Below are positions 48,402-59,600 of a stretch of DNA of 63,419 nucleotides, in pieces; the stretch's first letter is position 1, and every line of letters starts with the position of its first letter. Location of the stretch: the IMG/VR virus record IMGVR_UViG_3300026512_000011, positions 1 to 63,419 of that record; one strand, given 5' to 3'. This DNA is from a virus. Lineage: Duplodnaviria > Caudoviricetes. The position numbers and the translations under genes were made by a program. The notes beneath the pieces were generated by a model that saw only the letters and a list, made by a program, of their open reading frames with translations, did not search any database and was not told the origin of the DNA.

Positions 48402-48743
48402 TTGAAAGTTAGGTATTGTAAAATTTGTGGTAAAGAAATTACAGATAAAGATGTTTATAAATGCTATAAATCAATTTGTAAAGATTGTTTTTATAGAAAA
48501 TACATTCAACCTAAATCTCAAGATATTTATGAAAAATATATTAAGCCTAAAAGAAAATTAAATTATTCCAAGTATAGGATTTATATGAGAAGATATATGA
48601 AAGAATATGCAAGATTTAAAAGGCATAAACTTTCCAATTATGTTCCTGTTTATAAAAAACATAAACATATAGTAGTTGACTTATCTTTAATTAAATCTAA
48701 ATTAAAACATATATTAATCAAACATACAACAGGAGGAATGTAA
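48402..48743 (+). CDS. basic Zn-finger protein
   Basis: CKIC...CKDC, Lys/Arg/Tyr-rich. Confidence 0.55.
   Translation: MKVRYCKICGKEITDKDVYKCYKSICKDCFYRKYIQPKSQDIYEKYIKPKRKLNYSKYRIYMRRYMKEYARFKRHKLSNYVPVYKKHKHIVVDLSLIKSKLKHILIKHTTGGM
48676..48703 (+). promoter_or_regulatory. putative internal promoter
   Basis: TTGACT-N16-TAAATT, 40 nt before the next start. Confidence 0.45.
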
Positions 48744-49333
48744 TGAAAATAAAAACCAACAAAAAGATTTTTATGTTTTCGCCTTATTTAGATGCTAAAA
48801 CTAAAAGGTTTATTTATCTAACCGATAAGTTTATTATTTTTAATAATAAGGAGGAAGTAGAAAAAATTTGCCAAGAAAAGAAAACATCAGAATTAAACAA
48901 AACTATTTATGTTATAGATGGAGAATCATATATACCTTATACCAATAAAAGAGTAAGAAAAGCCACTGATAAATTCATATTAGAAAAACTTTTGCCTCCT
49001 CACCTAACCATTATTAGAGATTATCTTCATAAACTTATTTTAGTAGGAAGAATGACAACTCCGATTATTTTAATATCTGAATCAGCATCAGGAAGTAATG
49101 CAGTAATGGATGTGGCTTTTATAGATAATATAGATAATCCTAAAGTTCTTAAAAAGATAAATGGATTTACTATTGCAGATATTAGAGGATTCGGAAGAGA
49201 CAATAAATTGTATTTCTTATATGCTGATTATTCAAAAGAAGCACTCCAAAAAAGAGTAAGTCTATTCTTCAATCCAAATTTACCGATAGAAAATATAGAG
49301 AGTGAGGAATATAACTTCGGATTGATTACATAA
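48743..49333 (+). CDS. hypothetical protein
   Basis: 196 aa, AGGAGG RBS. Confidence 0.7.
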   Translation: MKIKTNKKIFMFSPYLDAKTKRFIYLTDKFIIFNNKEEVEKICQEKKTSELNKTIYVIDGESYIPYTNKRVRKATDKFILEKLLPPHLTIIRDYLHKLILVGRMTTPIILISESASGSNAVMDVAFIDNIDNPKVLKKINGFTIADIRGFGRDNKLYFLYADYSKEALQKRVSLFFNPNLPIENIESEEYNFGLIT

Positions 49334-49337
49334 GATA

Positions 49338-49365
49338 TTGACAACTGAAATTAAGAGCATATATT
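49338..49365 (+). promoter_or_regulatory. promoter for the replication/recombination operon
   Basis: TTGACA-N16-TATATT. Confidence 0.65.
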
Positions 49366-49395
49366 AAGAGTTAACTTAATAGTAAGGAGGTTAAA

Positions 49396-49611
49396 TTGAA
49401 AGTAAAACAGTTAACAGTTAGTAGGAGTGTTAAACTATCAATCAATTACAATTCAATCCAATCTACTATTTCAGTTACAGCTGAAATTGATAACAATGAA
49501 AACGAACAACAAGTGTATAATCAATTATCATCAATGGTTGATGTAATGTTAGAAAAAGATATTCAAAATCAAATGCAAAATTTAATAAAATTTGAAGGTA
49601 AATATCTATAA
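49396..49611 (+). CDS. hypothetical protein
   Basis: 71 aa, TTG start after TAAGGAGGT. Confidence 0.65.
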   Translation: MKVKQLTVSRSVKLSINYNSIQSTISVTAEIDNNENEQQVYNQLSSMVDVMLEKDIQNQMQNLIKFEGKYL

Positions 49612-49622
49612 AGGAGGTAGAA

Positions 49623-50702
49623 ATGTTTGAAGTAGATTTAAGCTGGCTTGATGAACTCCAAAATCAAGGCAAAACTAATAATTATCAACAAAAAGAAAGA
49701 TTTATTAAATGGTTAGAAATTCCAAAAGAACAAGGAGAATTAGTAGAGATTAGATTACTTCCTCCAAGTAGAGAAATAAAAAATCCTATTAAATTTTATC
49801 AACATTGGGGAATAACTGAAAAACCATTTAATTGTTTACAAACTTGGGGAGAGGAATGTCCTATTTGTAAACTTATTAAAGATGCAGTTTCGTTTGTTTA
49901 TAGTTCAGATTTACAACCTCAACAAAAGAAAGAACTCTCAAAAGAAATCTACAAATATCAATCCAGATATCAATATCTTTTTTATGCACTTAAAGTAGTA
50001 GATAATAAACCTATGATTCTCAATCTTTATCTTGTAAGATTTCCTAAAACAATAGTTGAAGAGAAATGGGGAGTAATGGTTAAAAATGGAGTTATTGATT
50101 TATTTTCTCCTGAAACAGGAGTTCCTGTTAAAATTATGAGAGGAAATAAAGAACTAATTAGACTTGAAGGCAATATTCCAATTAATATCAAAAATGCTTT
50201 AGACTCAATTAGAGACGAAATAAAACCTTTACCTGAAGTAATATATAAACCAAAACAAGAAGAGATTGTAGAATCTCTAAAAATTTTATATAACAAAATT
50301 CAAAAGAAATTAAATGTTTTTGGATTAGAAGATTATACTCCATCTCCAGAGTTATTAGAACTAATATCATTAGACATTGATTCAAATAAAGAACCTCAAA
50401 ATGATTCTACTTTTAAAGTAAATGTTCAATCAAATATTCTTGCAAACGACAATAGCACAGAATCTAAAACAATTGATATAATGCCGATAGGAGATTTAAA
50501 TTTTGATTCGTTTGAACATAAAATTAGTTTTCTTAACCAAACTTTATTCTTAAACAACATTCCAGATGATATTGTGGTTTGTATAGGCAATTTCGGGTAT
50601 TCTGATAAGTGTAATAATTGTGAATATGCAGAACATTGTAAATCAATTATAGACATTGCTAAAACTGAAGATGCAAGAGTGATATATGAAATGTCCAGAT
50701 AA
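49623..50702 (+). CDS. T4 gp32-like single-stranded DNA-binding protein (putative)
   Basis: IRLLPP, QHW..C...GEECPIC, DLFSPETG; sits before recA. Confidence 0.65.
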   Translation: MFEVDLSWLDELQNQGKTNNYQQKERFIKWLEIPKEQGELVEIRLLPPSREIKNPIKFYQHWGITEKPFNCLQTWGEECPICKLIKDAVSFVYSSDLQPQQKKELSKEIYKYQSRYQYLFYALKVVDNKPMILNLYLVRFPKTIVEEKWGVMVKNGVIDLFSPETGVPVKIMRGNKELIRLEGNIPINIKNALDSIRDEIKPLPEVIYKPKQEEIVESLKILYNKIQKKLNVFGLEDYTPSPELLELISLDIDSNKEPQNDSTFKVNVQSNILANDNSTESKTIDIMPIGDLNFDSFEHKISFLNQTLFLNNIPDDIVVCIGNFGYSDKCNNCEYAEHCKSIIDIAKTEDARVIYEMSR

Positions 50703-50719
50703 ATAAGGAGGGTAATGAA

Positions 50720-51811
50720 ATGAGTTGGAAAGAAATAGGAATTAAAGATTATCTCCAAACTCCAATTACTATGCTTAACATATCAACAGGTGGTAGGGGT
50801 ATTCCTCTACCATCTATGTTTATGGTATGGGGAGTAAAAGATTCAGGAAAAACAACTCTATCTCAAACTATTCCAGTTTGGTATTTAAAAAAATATCCCG
50901 AATCAAAATTTATTTATGTAGATACAGAATTAAAGATGGATAAAGTTAGATTAGCCTCATTTCTATTAACAAATAAAATCAATCCAAATAGAGTTAGAAT
51001 AATTCAATCTTCATATATAGAAGATGTATTTCCTACTCTTTTATCAGAAATAAGAGAACAATCAGTATTAGGTAACTCGGTTGTAATAGTTATAGATTCT
51101 ATCGCTGATTTAATTCCTAAACCTAAAACTAACAAAAAAGGAGAAATAAAAGAAGAATCAGGTGGATATTCAGGAGCTAAAACAGTAGTAGAAATATCTA
51201 AACAACTTCAATTATTAGCAACCGAAATTAAAGACACAAATTCTTTAGTTATCCTTGTTAATCAAGCAAGGCAAAATCTTTCTACTGGTAGAGGTTATCA
51301 ATATAAAGGAGGAGAACACTTAAAACATAAAGTCCCAATAATAATAAGAATGAAACCTGCTTCTAAAAAAGTAGAAAAAGTAGGAGATGTTGAAATAGAA
51401 AAAGGAGTATTATCTGAATTTGTAGTAGAAAAGAATCAATTATTTATTCCCAGATTACAAGGATATATTTACATAGATAACTCTACTGGTATAAATTCCG
51501 TTATTTCGAACATAGAAACTTTGCTTAAATATGGGATTGTTAAAAAGGCTGGAGCTTGGAAGTTTGTTAAAGTAGGAGATAAAGAATATAAATGGAGAAC
51601 TGAAGAAGAATTTATGAAGCTAATGAATGAGAATGATAAATTTTATGTAGCATTAAATTATGCTCTTTATAAATATTTTTATGATAAATACGATAGTGAT
51701 ATTATAAAAGTTAAGCTAATAGATGTATTAAATAAGTATGAAGAGTTATTAGAAATACCAAAAACAGAATTACCTGAAGAGGCTAAAAGATTAAAGGAGG
51801 TAATTGAGTAA
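50720..51811 (+). CDS. recA: RecA/UvsX-like recombinase
   Basis: G..DSGKTT, YVDTE, IVIDSIA, VNQ.R, GG..LKH, VEKN, AGAW. Confidence 0.88.
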   Translation: MSWKEIGIKDYLQTPITMLNISTGGRGIPLPSMFMVWGVKDSGKTTLSQTIPVWYLKKYPESKFIYVDTELKMDKVRLASFLLTNKINPNRVRIIQSSYIEDVFPTLLSEIREQSVLGNSVVIVIDSIADLIPKPKTNKKGEIKEESGGYSGAKTVVEISKQLQLLATEIKDTNSLVILVNQARQNLSTGRGYQYKGGEHLKHKVPIIIRMKPASKKVEKVGDVEIEKGVLSEFVVEKNQLFIPRLQGYIYIDNSTGINSVISNIETLLKYGIVKKAGAWKFVKVGDKEYKWRTEEEFMKLMNENDKFYVALNYALYKYFYDKYDSDIIKVKLIDVLNKYEELLEIPKTELPEEAKRLKEVIE

Positions 51812-51836
51812 ATTCATCCAAAGTAAGGAGGTATAA

Positions 51837-53375
51837 ATGAAAGCTATTCAAAAGGGAATGTTTTTATATTTTGATGATTTGAAAGATTATGAGGTAAAAT
51901 ATTTAAAGAGAATATTAACCAAAGAAAATTATCAAAAGGTAAAAGGTAAATTACAATTACAAAGAAGAGTAGAAATGTTATTTTATGATTCTACCTTAAA
52001 TCAATATTATACACTATTTGGATACTCTCAATACTTAAAAAAGAAAATTCCAAATCTTCAAATAGAAGCAGAAATACCCGATGCTTTAAAATTAGGAGTA
52101 GATTTAAAAACATTAGGTAAGTATGAGTTAAGAGATTATCAACAAGTAGCAGTAAGAAATTGTCTTTTAAAAAAATTTGGAACTGCTGTTCTTTTTATGG
52201 GTGCAGGCAAAACATTAATAATGGCTAAAATAACTCAAATTTTAGATAAACCTACTTTAATTATAGTCCCTACATCTCAATTATCTGAACAAATATACAA
52301 TTTCTTTGTCCAATCAGGAGCTTTTAATATTGAAGATGTAGGTAGGTTGGATGGTAAAGTAAAAAAACCATCTAAATTTACAATAGCTACTATGCAAACT
52401 ATATCTTCAATGATTGATAATAATCCTGTATTATTAAATAATTATAAAATTATAATGAACGATGAGAACCAGACGACACAACAATCAAATACAGGATTAA
52501 AAATCTTTAACTTTTTTAATAAACAAGTTGATTATTTTATAGGTTTTACAGGAACTCCTTATCGTTATCTTAATCCCGATAAATCAATAGAAGATTTTAT
52601 AATGTTAGGATTTGTAGGCTCTCCTATTGTAGAAGTAGGATTAAAGTTTTTAATAGAAAAAGGATATTTAACAAGACCGATAGTGTATATGGAAAATATA
52701 ACTACTCCTCCTATTACAACTGATTATTGGCAAGCTGTGTATAAAAAAGGAATAGAGAAAAATAAAAGAAGAAATGAATCAATATCTAATTGGATTACTT
52801 ATTTTACAAATAAAAACATATTATCTCTTACAATGGTAAATACTAAAAAACACGCTCAATTGTTGTTTGATTATTTACCTGATGAAATAAAAGACAAAAC
52901 AATAATTCTATTTGGTAACAGGACTGCAATGTTATATATCAATGGAGAATTGAAATATAGAACAATTGAATATTCTAACATTGTCCAAAAAATAAAAGAA
53001 AAAAGAGAATGGAATAACATAATAGCTACTCAAGTATTGGCACAAGGATTTGATTTACCTGAATTACAAGGATTGATATTAGCTTGGGCTGGCAAATCTT
53101 TTGTTCAAGTAATGCAGAGGTTAGGAAGAGTATTAAGATTACATAATAATAAGAAATTAGCATTTGTAGTTGATTATTTTGACAAAACTCACGCATATTT
53201 AAAGAATCATTCATTTAAGAGAATGCAGATGTATAAAAATGAAGGTATAGAAGTCATAACAGATAAAAATTATTTTAAATTCAAAGTAGAAAACAATTTA
53301 CCTCTAACAGAGAGTAATACAGACATTGACAACGACGATAATTTTGATTATATTTTAAATCAAATTGAGTTTTAG
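51837..53375 (+). CDS. SF2 helicase (UvsW-like)
   Basis: LRDYQ, GAGKT, DENQ, FTGTP, GFDLP.L, QRLGRVLR. Confidence 0.88.
   Translation: MKAIQKGMFLYFDDLKDYEVKYLKRILTKENYQKVKGKLQLQRRVEMLFYDSTLNQYYTLFGYSQYLKKKIPNLQIEAEIPDALKLGVDLKTLGKYELRDYQQVAVRNCLLKKFGTAVLFMGAGKTLIMAKITQILDKPTLIIVPTSQLSEQIYNFFVQSGAFNIEDVGRLDGKVKKPSKFTIATMQTISSMIDNNPVLLNNYKIIMNDENQTTQQSNTGLKIFNFFNKQVDYFIGFTGTPYRYLNPDKSIEDFIMLGFVGSPIVEVGLKFLIEKGYLTRPIVYMENITTPPITTDYWQAVYKKGIEKNKRRNESISNWITYFTNKNILSLTMVNTKKHAQLLFDYLPDEIKDKTIILFGNRTAMLYINGELKYRTIEYSNIVQKIKEKREWNNIIATQVLAQGFDLPELQGLILAWAGKSFVQVMQRLGRVLRLHNNKKLAFVVDYFDKTHAYLKNHSFKRMQMYKNEGIEVITDKNYFKFKVENNLPLTESNTDIDNDDNFDYILNQIEF
53326..53354 (+). promoter_or_regulatory. putative promoter
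   Basis: TTGACA-N17-TATATT. Confidence 0.5.
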
Positions 53376-53388
53376 TAAGGAGGTAACT

Positions 53389-53730
53389 ATGCTAACAACT
53401 AAACAAATATTCCTAATATTTATATTAGTAATTCTTTATACTTATCGCAAACAATTTCTTACTGCACTAAAAAATTTAATACTTCTTCTCAAAAATCCTT
53501 TTATCTTAAAATCTCTAATTCAATCTCTAAAAAGAGAAAAAGTATATTGTAAGTATTGTAAATATTCAATAAAAGGAATAGACGAAAATGAGCCTTATTT
53601 GTGTATAGCCAAGCCTAATATCCAAATAACTCCTTACATAGATTACATATATCCAGTTCCTTGTTCAAGGTATAATTCATATAACAACTGTAAATATTTT
53701 AAATTTGATTGGTTATGGTTTATTAAGTAA
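53389..53730 (+). CDS. membrane-anchored Cys-rich protein
   Basis: start moved to 53389 after AAGGAGGT; N-terminal TM; CKYC..C..C..C. Confidence 0.55.
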   Translation: MLTTKQIFLIFILVILYTYRKQFLTALKNLILLLKNPFILKSLIQSLKREKVYCKYCKYSIKGIDENEPYLCIAKPNIQITPYIDYIYPVPCSRYNSYNNCKYFKFDWLWFIK

Positions 53731-53750
53731 GTAAAGTAAAGGAGGAAGAA

Positions 53751-54755
53751 TTGAATTTAAAACAATTTTTTGATGAGAATTTTAAAGAAGGGAAAAGGTT
53801 TGATTTGACAATTAGATTAGCAGGTTCTTGTGCCAAATTAGGAATTCCTATTGAATCTTGTATTGATTTTTATAAAGAGTATTTTCATTTAGACGATGAA
53901 GATAGGACTCCTTTAATAGAAAGGACTTATGAAAGAGTAAGTAAAGGATTACCAGTAAAAACATTAGCCGAATACAATATTAATGTAGCATCTTATTTTG
54001 GAATAGATGTAAATCAATACAAACACATTCCAACTTTAGAAGAATTAGAAAATTTATTATTTTCTATTAATCAGAATAATCAAAGCCAAGTAATAGATTT
54101 AAGTAAAGTGTCTGTTCCATTGGACAAAACTAAACATTTAATTTATTACAATTACCTAAAATCAAGAAATTTAACAGATGAAGATATTGAAAAATATGAT
54201 ATTAGAGTAGGTATAGGTAAATATCAGTTTAGAATAATCTTTCCGATATACAATGAACAAAATCAACCTATTTATTTTGTAGCCAGAAGTATATTAAAAA
54301 ATATAAAACCTAAATATTTGAATTCTCCAGTTCCAAAAGAAAGAGTTGTTTGGAATATAAATAATGTTAATTTTAATTATCCAGTTGTAGTTTGTGAAGG
54401 TATTATTAATGCAATAACAGTTATGAAATATCTAAATAATGGAATGCAAGCAGTAGCAACTTTAGGTAAGCAATTAACTGAATATCAAAAAAAGATATTA
54501 TCTCAATTTCCAAAACTTATATTTTGTTTTGATGGAGATGTTAGCGAATCAGAATTAAGAAAAATTATAAAAGGAATAAACACAACTATCTATTATGTAA
54601 AACTTCCCGATAAAAAAGATGCAAATGATTTAGATAAAGTTCAATTTTTGTATTATTTTAATAATCACAAGTTTAAGCTCTATGATAAAAATCCTTTGGA
54701 TAGGAAAATGTATATATTTAACAAATATCTACAAAAAATACAGGAGGCTGTATGA
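53751..54755 (+). CDS. dnaG: DnaG-type (TOPRIM) primase with atypical N-terminal domain
   Basis: YLKSR.L, RIIFPI, F.AR, PKYLNSP, VCEG, ATLG, FDGD, KDAND. Confidence 0.85.
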   Translation: MNLKQFFDENFKEGKRFDLTIRLAGSCAKLGIPIESCIDFYKEYFHLDDEDRTPLIERTYERVSKGLPVKTLAEYNINVASYFGIDVNQYKHIPTLEELENLLFSINQNNQSQVIDLSKVSVPLDKTKHLIYYNYLKSRNLTDEDIEKYDIRVGIGKYQFRIIFPIYNEQNQPIYFVARSILKNIKPKYLNSPVPKERVVWNINNVNFNYPVVVCEGIINAITVMKYLNNGMQAVATLGKQLTEYQKKILSQFPKLIFCFDGDVSESELRKIIKGINTTIYYVKLPDKKDANDLDKVQFLYYFNNHKFKLYDKNPLDRKMYIFNKYLQKIQEAV

Positions 54756-55042
54756 TGAGTTGGCTATGTAAGTTAGGATTTCACAGATGGAAACCTGTGA
54801 AGAGAGAGAAGAAGTATGTTTGGAAGGAATTGTGTAGGGAATTTGAGAAAGAATATTTGGTAACTGAATATTTAGTTTGTGAAAGGTGTGGAGTTATTTA
54901 TTATCCTTTATTAAATTGCGAACCTTATATTAAAATTGATAATACTAAATTGATAGAAAGAATTAAAGAATGTATAGAAGATAAAGGAGATTATTATTTA
55001 ATCAAGTCTGAATGTTTAGACTGTGAAAATGGAAATGGTTAA
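54752..55042 (+). CDS. small Zn-finger-like protein
   Basis: LCKLGFHRW...CERCG. Confidence 0.6.
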   Translation: MMSWLCKLGFHRWKPVKREKKYVWKELCREFEKEYLVTEYLVCERCGVIYYPLLNCEPYIKIDNTKLIERIKECIEDKGDYYLIKSECLDCENGNG

Positions 55043-55059
55043 AGAGGAGGAATGTTACA

Positions 55060-56631
55060 ATGAAAAAAGAACTTTATACTCCTGAATTTCAAATTTTACT
55101 TATGGCTATCTTAATGAATGATAGAAATTTTTATCAGAACTGGAAAAATTCACTACAACCTAATCTTTTTTCATCTGAACATATAAGATATGTTTATACT
55201 GCAATAAAAAATATATACGATAGTAATGAAGAAATAAAAAGAATACCTGAAGATTTATTAGAAGCTGAAGTTGAGAATGTTTTATCAGTTATATATAATA
55301 ACAATATCCCTCAACCTACAATAGAAACTGTCAAAGCATTATTACAGAAAATTTATTCTAAAAAATTAGTAGAAGATAAATACATAAATATTGTTCACAA
55401 CAAGTTAAGAGACTTTTTTACTCAAGTAAATATTATATCAGCAATGACTGATATTGCTAAAAGAATAATGAATGGAGAAAAAATAACAGTTGACGAGATA
55501 AAAAGACATTTAGATAAAGTATCTTCTTCTCTTCCAGTAGAGCATAAATTTAAAACAACTGAAGATTTTTTAAATTTAAAAGACGAAATTTTGAAAGTAA
55601 GAGGTAAAGATAAATTAGTATCAACAGGATATAAAAGTTTAGATGAATATTTATTCGGAGGATTTGGAGCTGGGGAAGTTCATACATTTTTAGGAGGAGC
55701 TAAATCAGGAAAATCAACTATCTTATCTCAAATAGGCTGGAATGCAATTAAACAAGGTAAAAATGTTATTCACATTTCACTTGAATTATCAGAAACATTA
55801 GTTCAATGGAAATATGCTTGCACAATGACTGGATTAACATATAAACAAGTAAAAGATATGTTTAGTGAATTTCAAAAAAGATTTGATAAAGTTAAAGAAA
55901 TTTTCTTTGAAAGATTTAACAACGAATTGATAATTAAAAAATTTCCAGCACAAAGAACTGATACTTTAATTATTAGGTCTTTTATAGAGGAAGTTCAAAA
56001 AGAATTAAAGAGAAAAGGTAAAAGAGATAAAATTGATTTGATTATTATAGACTATGATGATTTACTCAAACCTGTAAAATCAAAAGGGTCAATGTATGAA
56101 GATTCAGGGGTTATTTATGAAGATATGATAGCACTTGCAGAGTATTTTGAGTGTCCCATTCTAACTGCATCTCAAACTAATAGAGGAGGTTGGTTAAAAT
56201 CTGAAAAAGGAGAATTAATCACTTCTTTTGATACTGCACATTCAGGTCAAAAAAGAATGCATTGTTTTTCAATTATGACTTTATCAACTGATAAACAAGG
56301 AATATTAAATCTGTATTTGGATACAGTTAGGATAGGGAAACAAGGTCAAATAGTTCAATTTGATGTAGATTTAAGCAGATGCAGATATAAAGAATATAAT
56401 CCAACTGGTAATATAATTCCTAAACTCTTTTCTGATATAGATGATATGTTTCCTGATGAGTTTCCTTTAATTCCTGAAGATAATGAAAATACAGTATCAG
56501 AAGTTCCTAAAGTAGAAATTACAGATAACTATGATTATAATTTACATAATCAACAAAAAATTGAAGAAAGTAAGACTAATTCAGAAATATCTCCAGATTA
56601 TTTTGATGAGATAGATGGCATTGAAATTTAA
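55060..56631 (+). CDS. dnaB: DnaB-like replicative helicase
   Basis: STGYKSLD, GGAKSGKS, ISLE, IIIDYDD, TASQTNR. Confidence 0.9.
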   Translation: MKKELYTPEFQILLMAILMNDRNFYQNWKNSLQPNLFSSEHIRYVYTAIKNIYDSNEEIKRIPEDLLEAEVENVLSVIYNNNIPQPTIETVKALLQKIYSKKLVEDKYINIVHNKLRDFFTQVNIISAMTDIAKRIMNGEKITVDEIKRHLDKVSSSLPVEHKFKTTEDFLNLKDEILKVRGKDKLVSTGYKSLDEYLFGGFGAGEVHTFLGGAKSGKSTILSQIGWNAIKQGKNVIHISLELSETLVQWKYACTMTGLTYKQVKDMFSEFQKRFDKVKEIFFERFNNELIIKKFPAQRTDTLIIRSFIEEVQKELKRKGKRDKIDLIIIDYDDLLKPVKSKGSMYEDSGVIYEDMIALAEYFECPILTASQTNRGGWLKSEKGELITSFDTAHSGQKRMHCFSIMTLSTDKQGILNLYLDTVRIGKQGQIVQFDVDLSRCRYKEYNPTGNIIPKLFSDIDDMFPDEFPLIPEDNENTVSEVPKVEITDNYDYNLHNQQKIEESKTNSEISPDYFDEIDGIEI

Positions 56632-56668
56632 ATCAAGACTTGATTTTGGTTATTTTGAGCGTTATATT
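56630..56668 (+). promoter_or_regulatory. polA promoter with overlapping palindrome
   Basis: AAATCAAG-A-CTTGATTT overlaps TTGATT-N17-TATATT. Confidence 0.45.
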
Positions 56669-56695
56669 TAGAGAAAATAAATAAGGAGGTAAAAT

Positions 56696-59600
56696 ATGAC
56701 TGATTTTTTTGGAGATTCTTTAAATCTCCAGTTATTAGAGGATAAATGTAAAGGCTGTAAATTGCACGACAAATGTTCAAGGAAAAGAAAAATAGGAAAC
56801 AATAATAATCCTAAACTCGTATTTATTCTGCCCGAAATAGAAACTAACGACGAGTTAAATTTCGATAATCCAGAACAAGTAAGAATTGGAACAGTAGCAA
56901 ATATTTGGAGAAGTATATCTCCAATATTTAAAAATTCTACTATAACTCCAAATGATATCTTATTTTTATTTGTAATCCCTCATAAAATAGAATTTCCCAA
57001 CAACAAAATTCCTAAACATAAAAAAGATGCATATAAACATTCAATTGCCGAACAATGTAAAGAACATTTATTCTATGAATTATATCAATTACCTGAAGAT
57101 GCAATTTTAATTCCAGTAGGTTCTCTCCCAACTCAAATATTATTAAATGCCAAAAATGTATTTAATTTATCAGGTAAGGAAAAAGAAAGAAAAATAACAA
57201 ATCCCTTAAACAAAAAAGAATCTAAAAAATTTAAAGTAATTCCATTAATACATCCTAATTCAATTCAATTATCGTTAAAAAATCGTCAAGTTTACATTAA
57301 ATCACTTAATTACATTTTTTATCTCTTATCAGGCAAAAAGCAAAATGAACTAAAATACAAAATTATTACTCCTGATAAAGTTAAAAGTTTTGTAGATAAA
57401 GTATTAGAAATAAGCCCTCCTTATGTAATATTTGATACAGAAACATCAGCACTTATCCATAAAGACAGAAAGATAATTGGAGTGTCTTTAAAATTTCCTA
57501 ACATTAAAACATCTTACTATATTCCTTTACATTCAAATAATTTCATTAATCCTGAAACAAATGAAGAGATTGTTATAACTGAATATGAAAAAGCAAAAAT
57601 AAAAGAACAAATAAAAAGATTGCTTACCACAATTCCATTTATAGGACACAACATAAAATTTGATATTGTAGCTTGTCAATTAGAAGGAATCTTAAGTGAA
57701 GATAATTATACTTTATTAGCCGATACTTATGTTATGGCTCACATAAAATACAATCAATCATTAGGAGGATTAGGACTAAAACATTTAGCAAGATTGTTTT
57801 TTGATGTATATGACGATTGGGATACTCCATTAGAAATTGAAAAACAAAAAATAGCAAAAATTAAGAAAATTCCAAAGAGAAATGTTTCTTATGCCGATAT
57901 ACAGACTAACTTATTAGGTAGGTATGCTTGTTATGATGTTTATTATACAGAATTACTTTACAATAAACTAAATCAAGAATTAACTCCCGAAGAACATCAA
58001 CTTCACAAACAAATTTTAAATGAAATAAAAGCAGTTGCCACTTGGGAATATTATGGAGTTAGAATAGATAAAGAAAATTTTGAAAAATTAAAACAATATA
58101 CAATAGATAAACATTCTAAAGCTAAATTTCTTATGCAAAATCTTCCTGAAATAAAAAAACATTTTGAAGATAAATTTAATCCTAATTCTACTAAACAATT
58201 ACAAAAAGTAATAGAAATTTATAATCTTCCAGTATTAGCAAAAACAGACACAGGACAGCCTAAATTTGATAAAAATGTAGTAGAACAATATCTAAAATTA
58301 GATAATATATCAGAGGAAGCCAAAACATTTATTCAAGCCTATGCAGAATACAAATATTATGAAAAAGCAGTATCATCTTACATAAATCCAATTCCCGAAC
58401 AAACTGATAATAATGGAATATTTAGAACTGATTTTAAAATTTGTGGGACAAGGTCAGGTAGATTAAGTTCATATTTCCATCTTCTTCCATCCAGAACTGA
58501 ATATGGTAAAAACTTCAAAAGATTAATATCACCAAAAAAAGAAGAGAATATTATCATTTCAGCTGATTTATGTTTAACTCCCGATACTTTAGTTTATACA
58601 GATAAAGGTTGGAAAAAATTAATAGATGTTGAGCCGAATAAGGATAAAGTTCTTAATGATAGAGGAGAGTGGTTAGATGTTTATTGTATAGTAGATAGAG
58701 GATATGGAGATGTCTATGAAATAGAGACTGAAAAAGGATTTAAAATTAAATGCACTTTAAACCATAAGTTTATGTGTATTGATAATAATGGTAAATATAG
58801 ATTAGCCACTATAAGAGATGTTATAGACAATAAATTTTATCTTGCCATAAAAACAATTGAAAATGAAAACTTTAAAAGAGATTGGTTGTATGTATTGTTG
58901 GGAATATTTTTAGGTGATGGTTCTGTAAAAAGTAGAAACAGTTTTGCAATATACCATTCCCATAAAACAAAAATTGATTTTACGAAATTTGTTTTAAATC
59001 AGCTTGGAATAATTTTTTCAGTTAAAAAAGTTAAAGGTAAAAATTGTTATGTAGTAAAATTTAATTCTTCTGAATTTTCTAATTTGCTCCATCAACTAAA
59101 GTTAATAGAAAAAGCCAATTCCAGATACAAAAGAAAATGTTTTAATGAAGTTCTTTATTCTTTGGATAGAGATAAAAGATTAAGTATTTTACTTGGATTT
59201 ATGAATACTGATGTTTATTGTGATGTTAAATATAATAGATTCCAATTATCAAATGTTGTTTATGATTTAATGAGATTTTTCCATCTAACATTATTAGATG
59301 TAGGAATTGTAGGATATTTTTATCCTGTAAAAGGAAAAGTATTTAATTTACCTAACAGACAACAATGTTATAACATATCTATATCGGGTTATTCTTATGA
59401 AAGGCTATGGAGAGTCTTCCCTGAATTGATAAGAATATTCAATCCTCCTAAAATTTCTAAATTTCAAGATAATACTTGGGGACTGCCTAATCAGAAAAAA
59501 ATAATTCCTACAACTTCAGGAAAATGGAGAGTATTGAAGAATACCTATACAAGAGGAGATATAATTTCAAAATACAAGATAGAAGAAATCTATGAACAAG

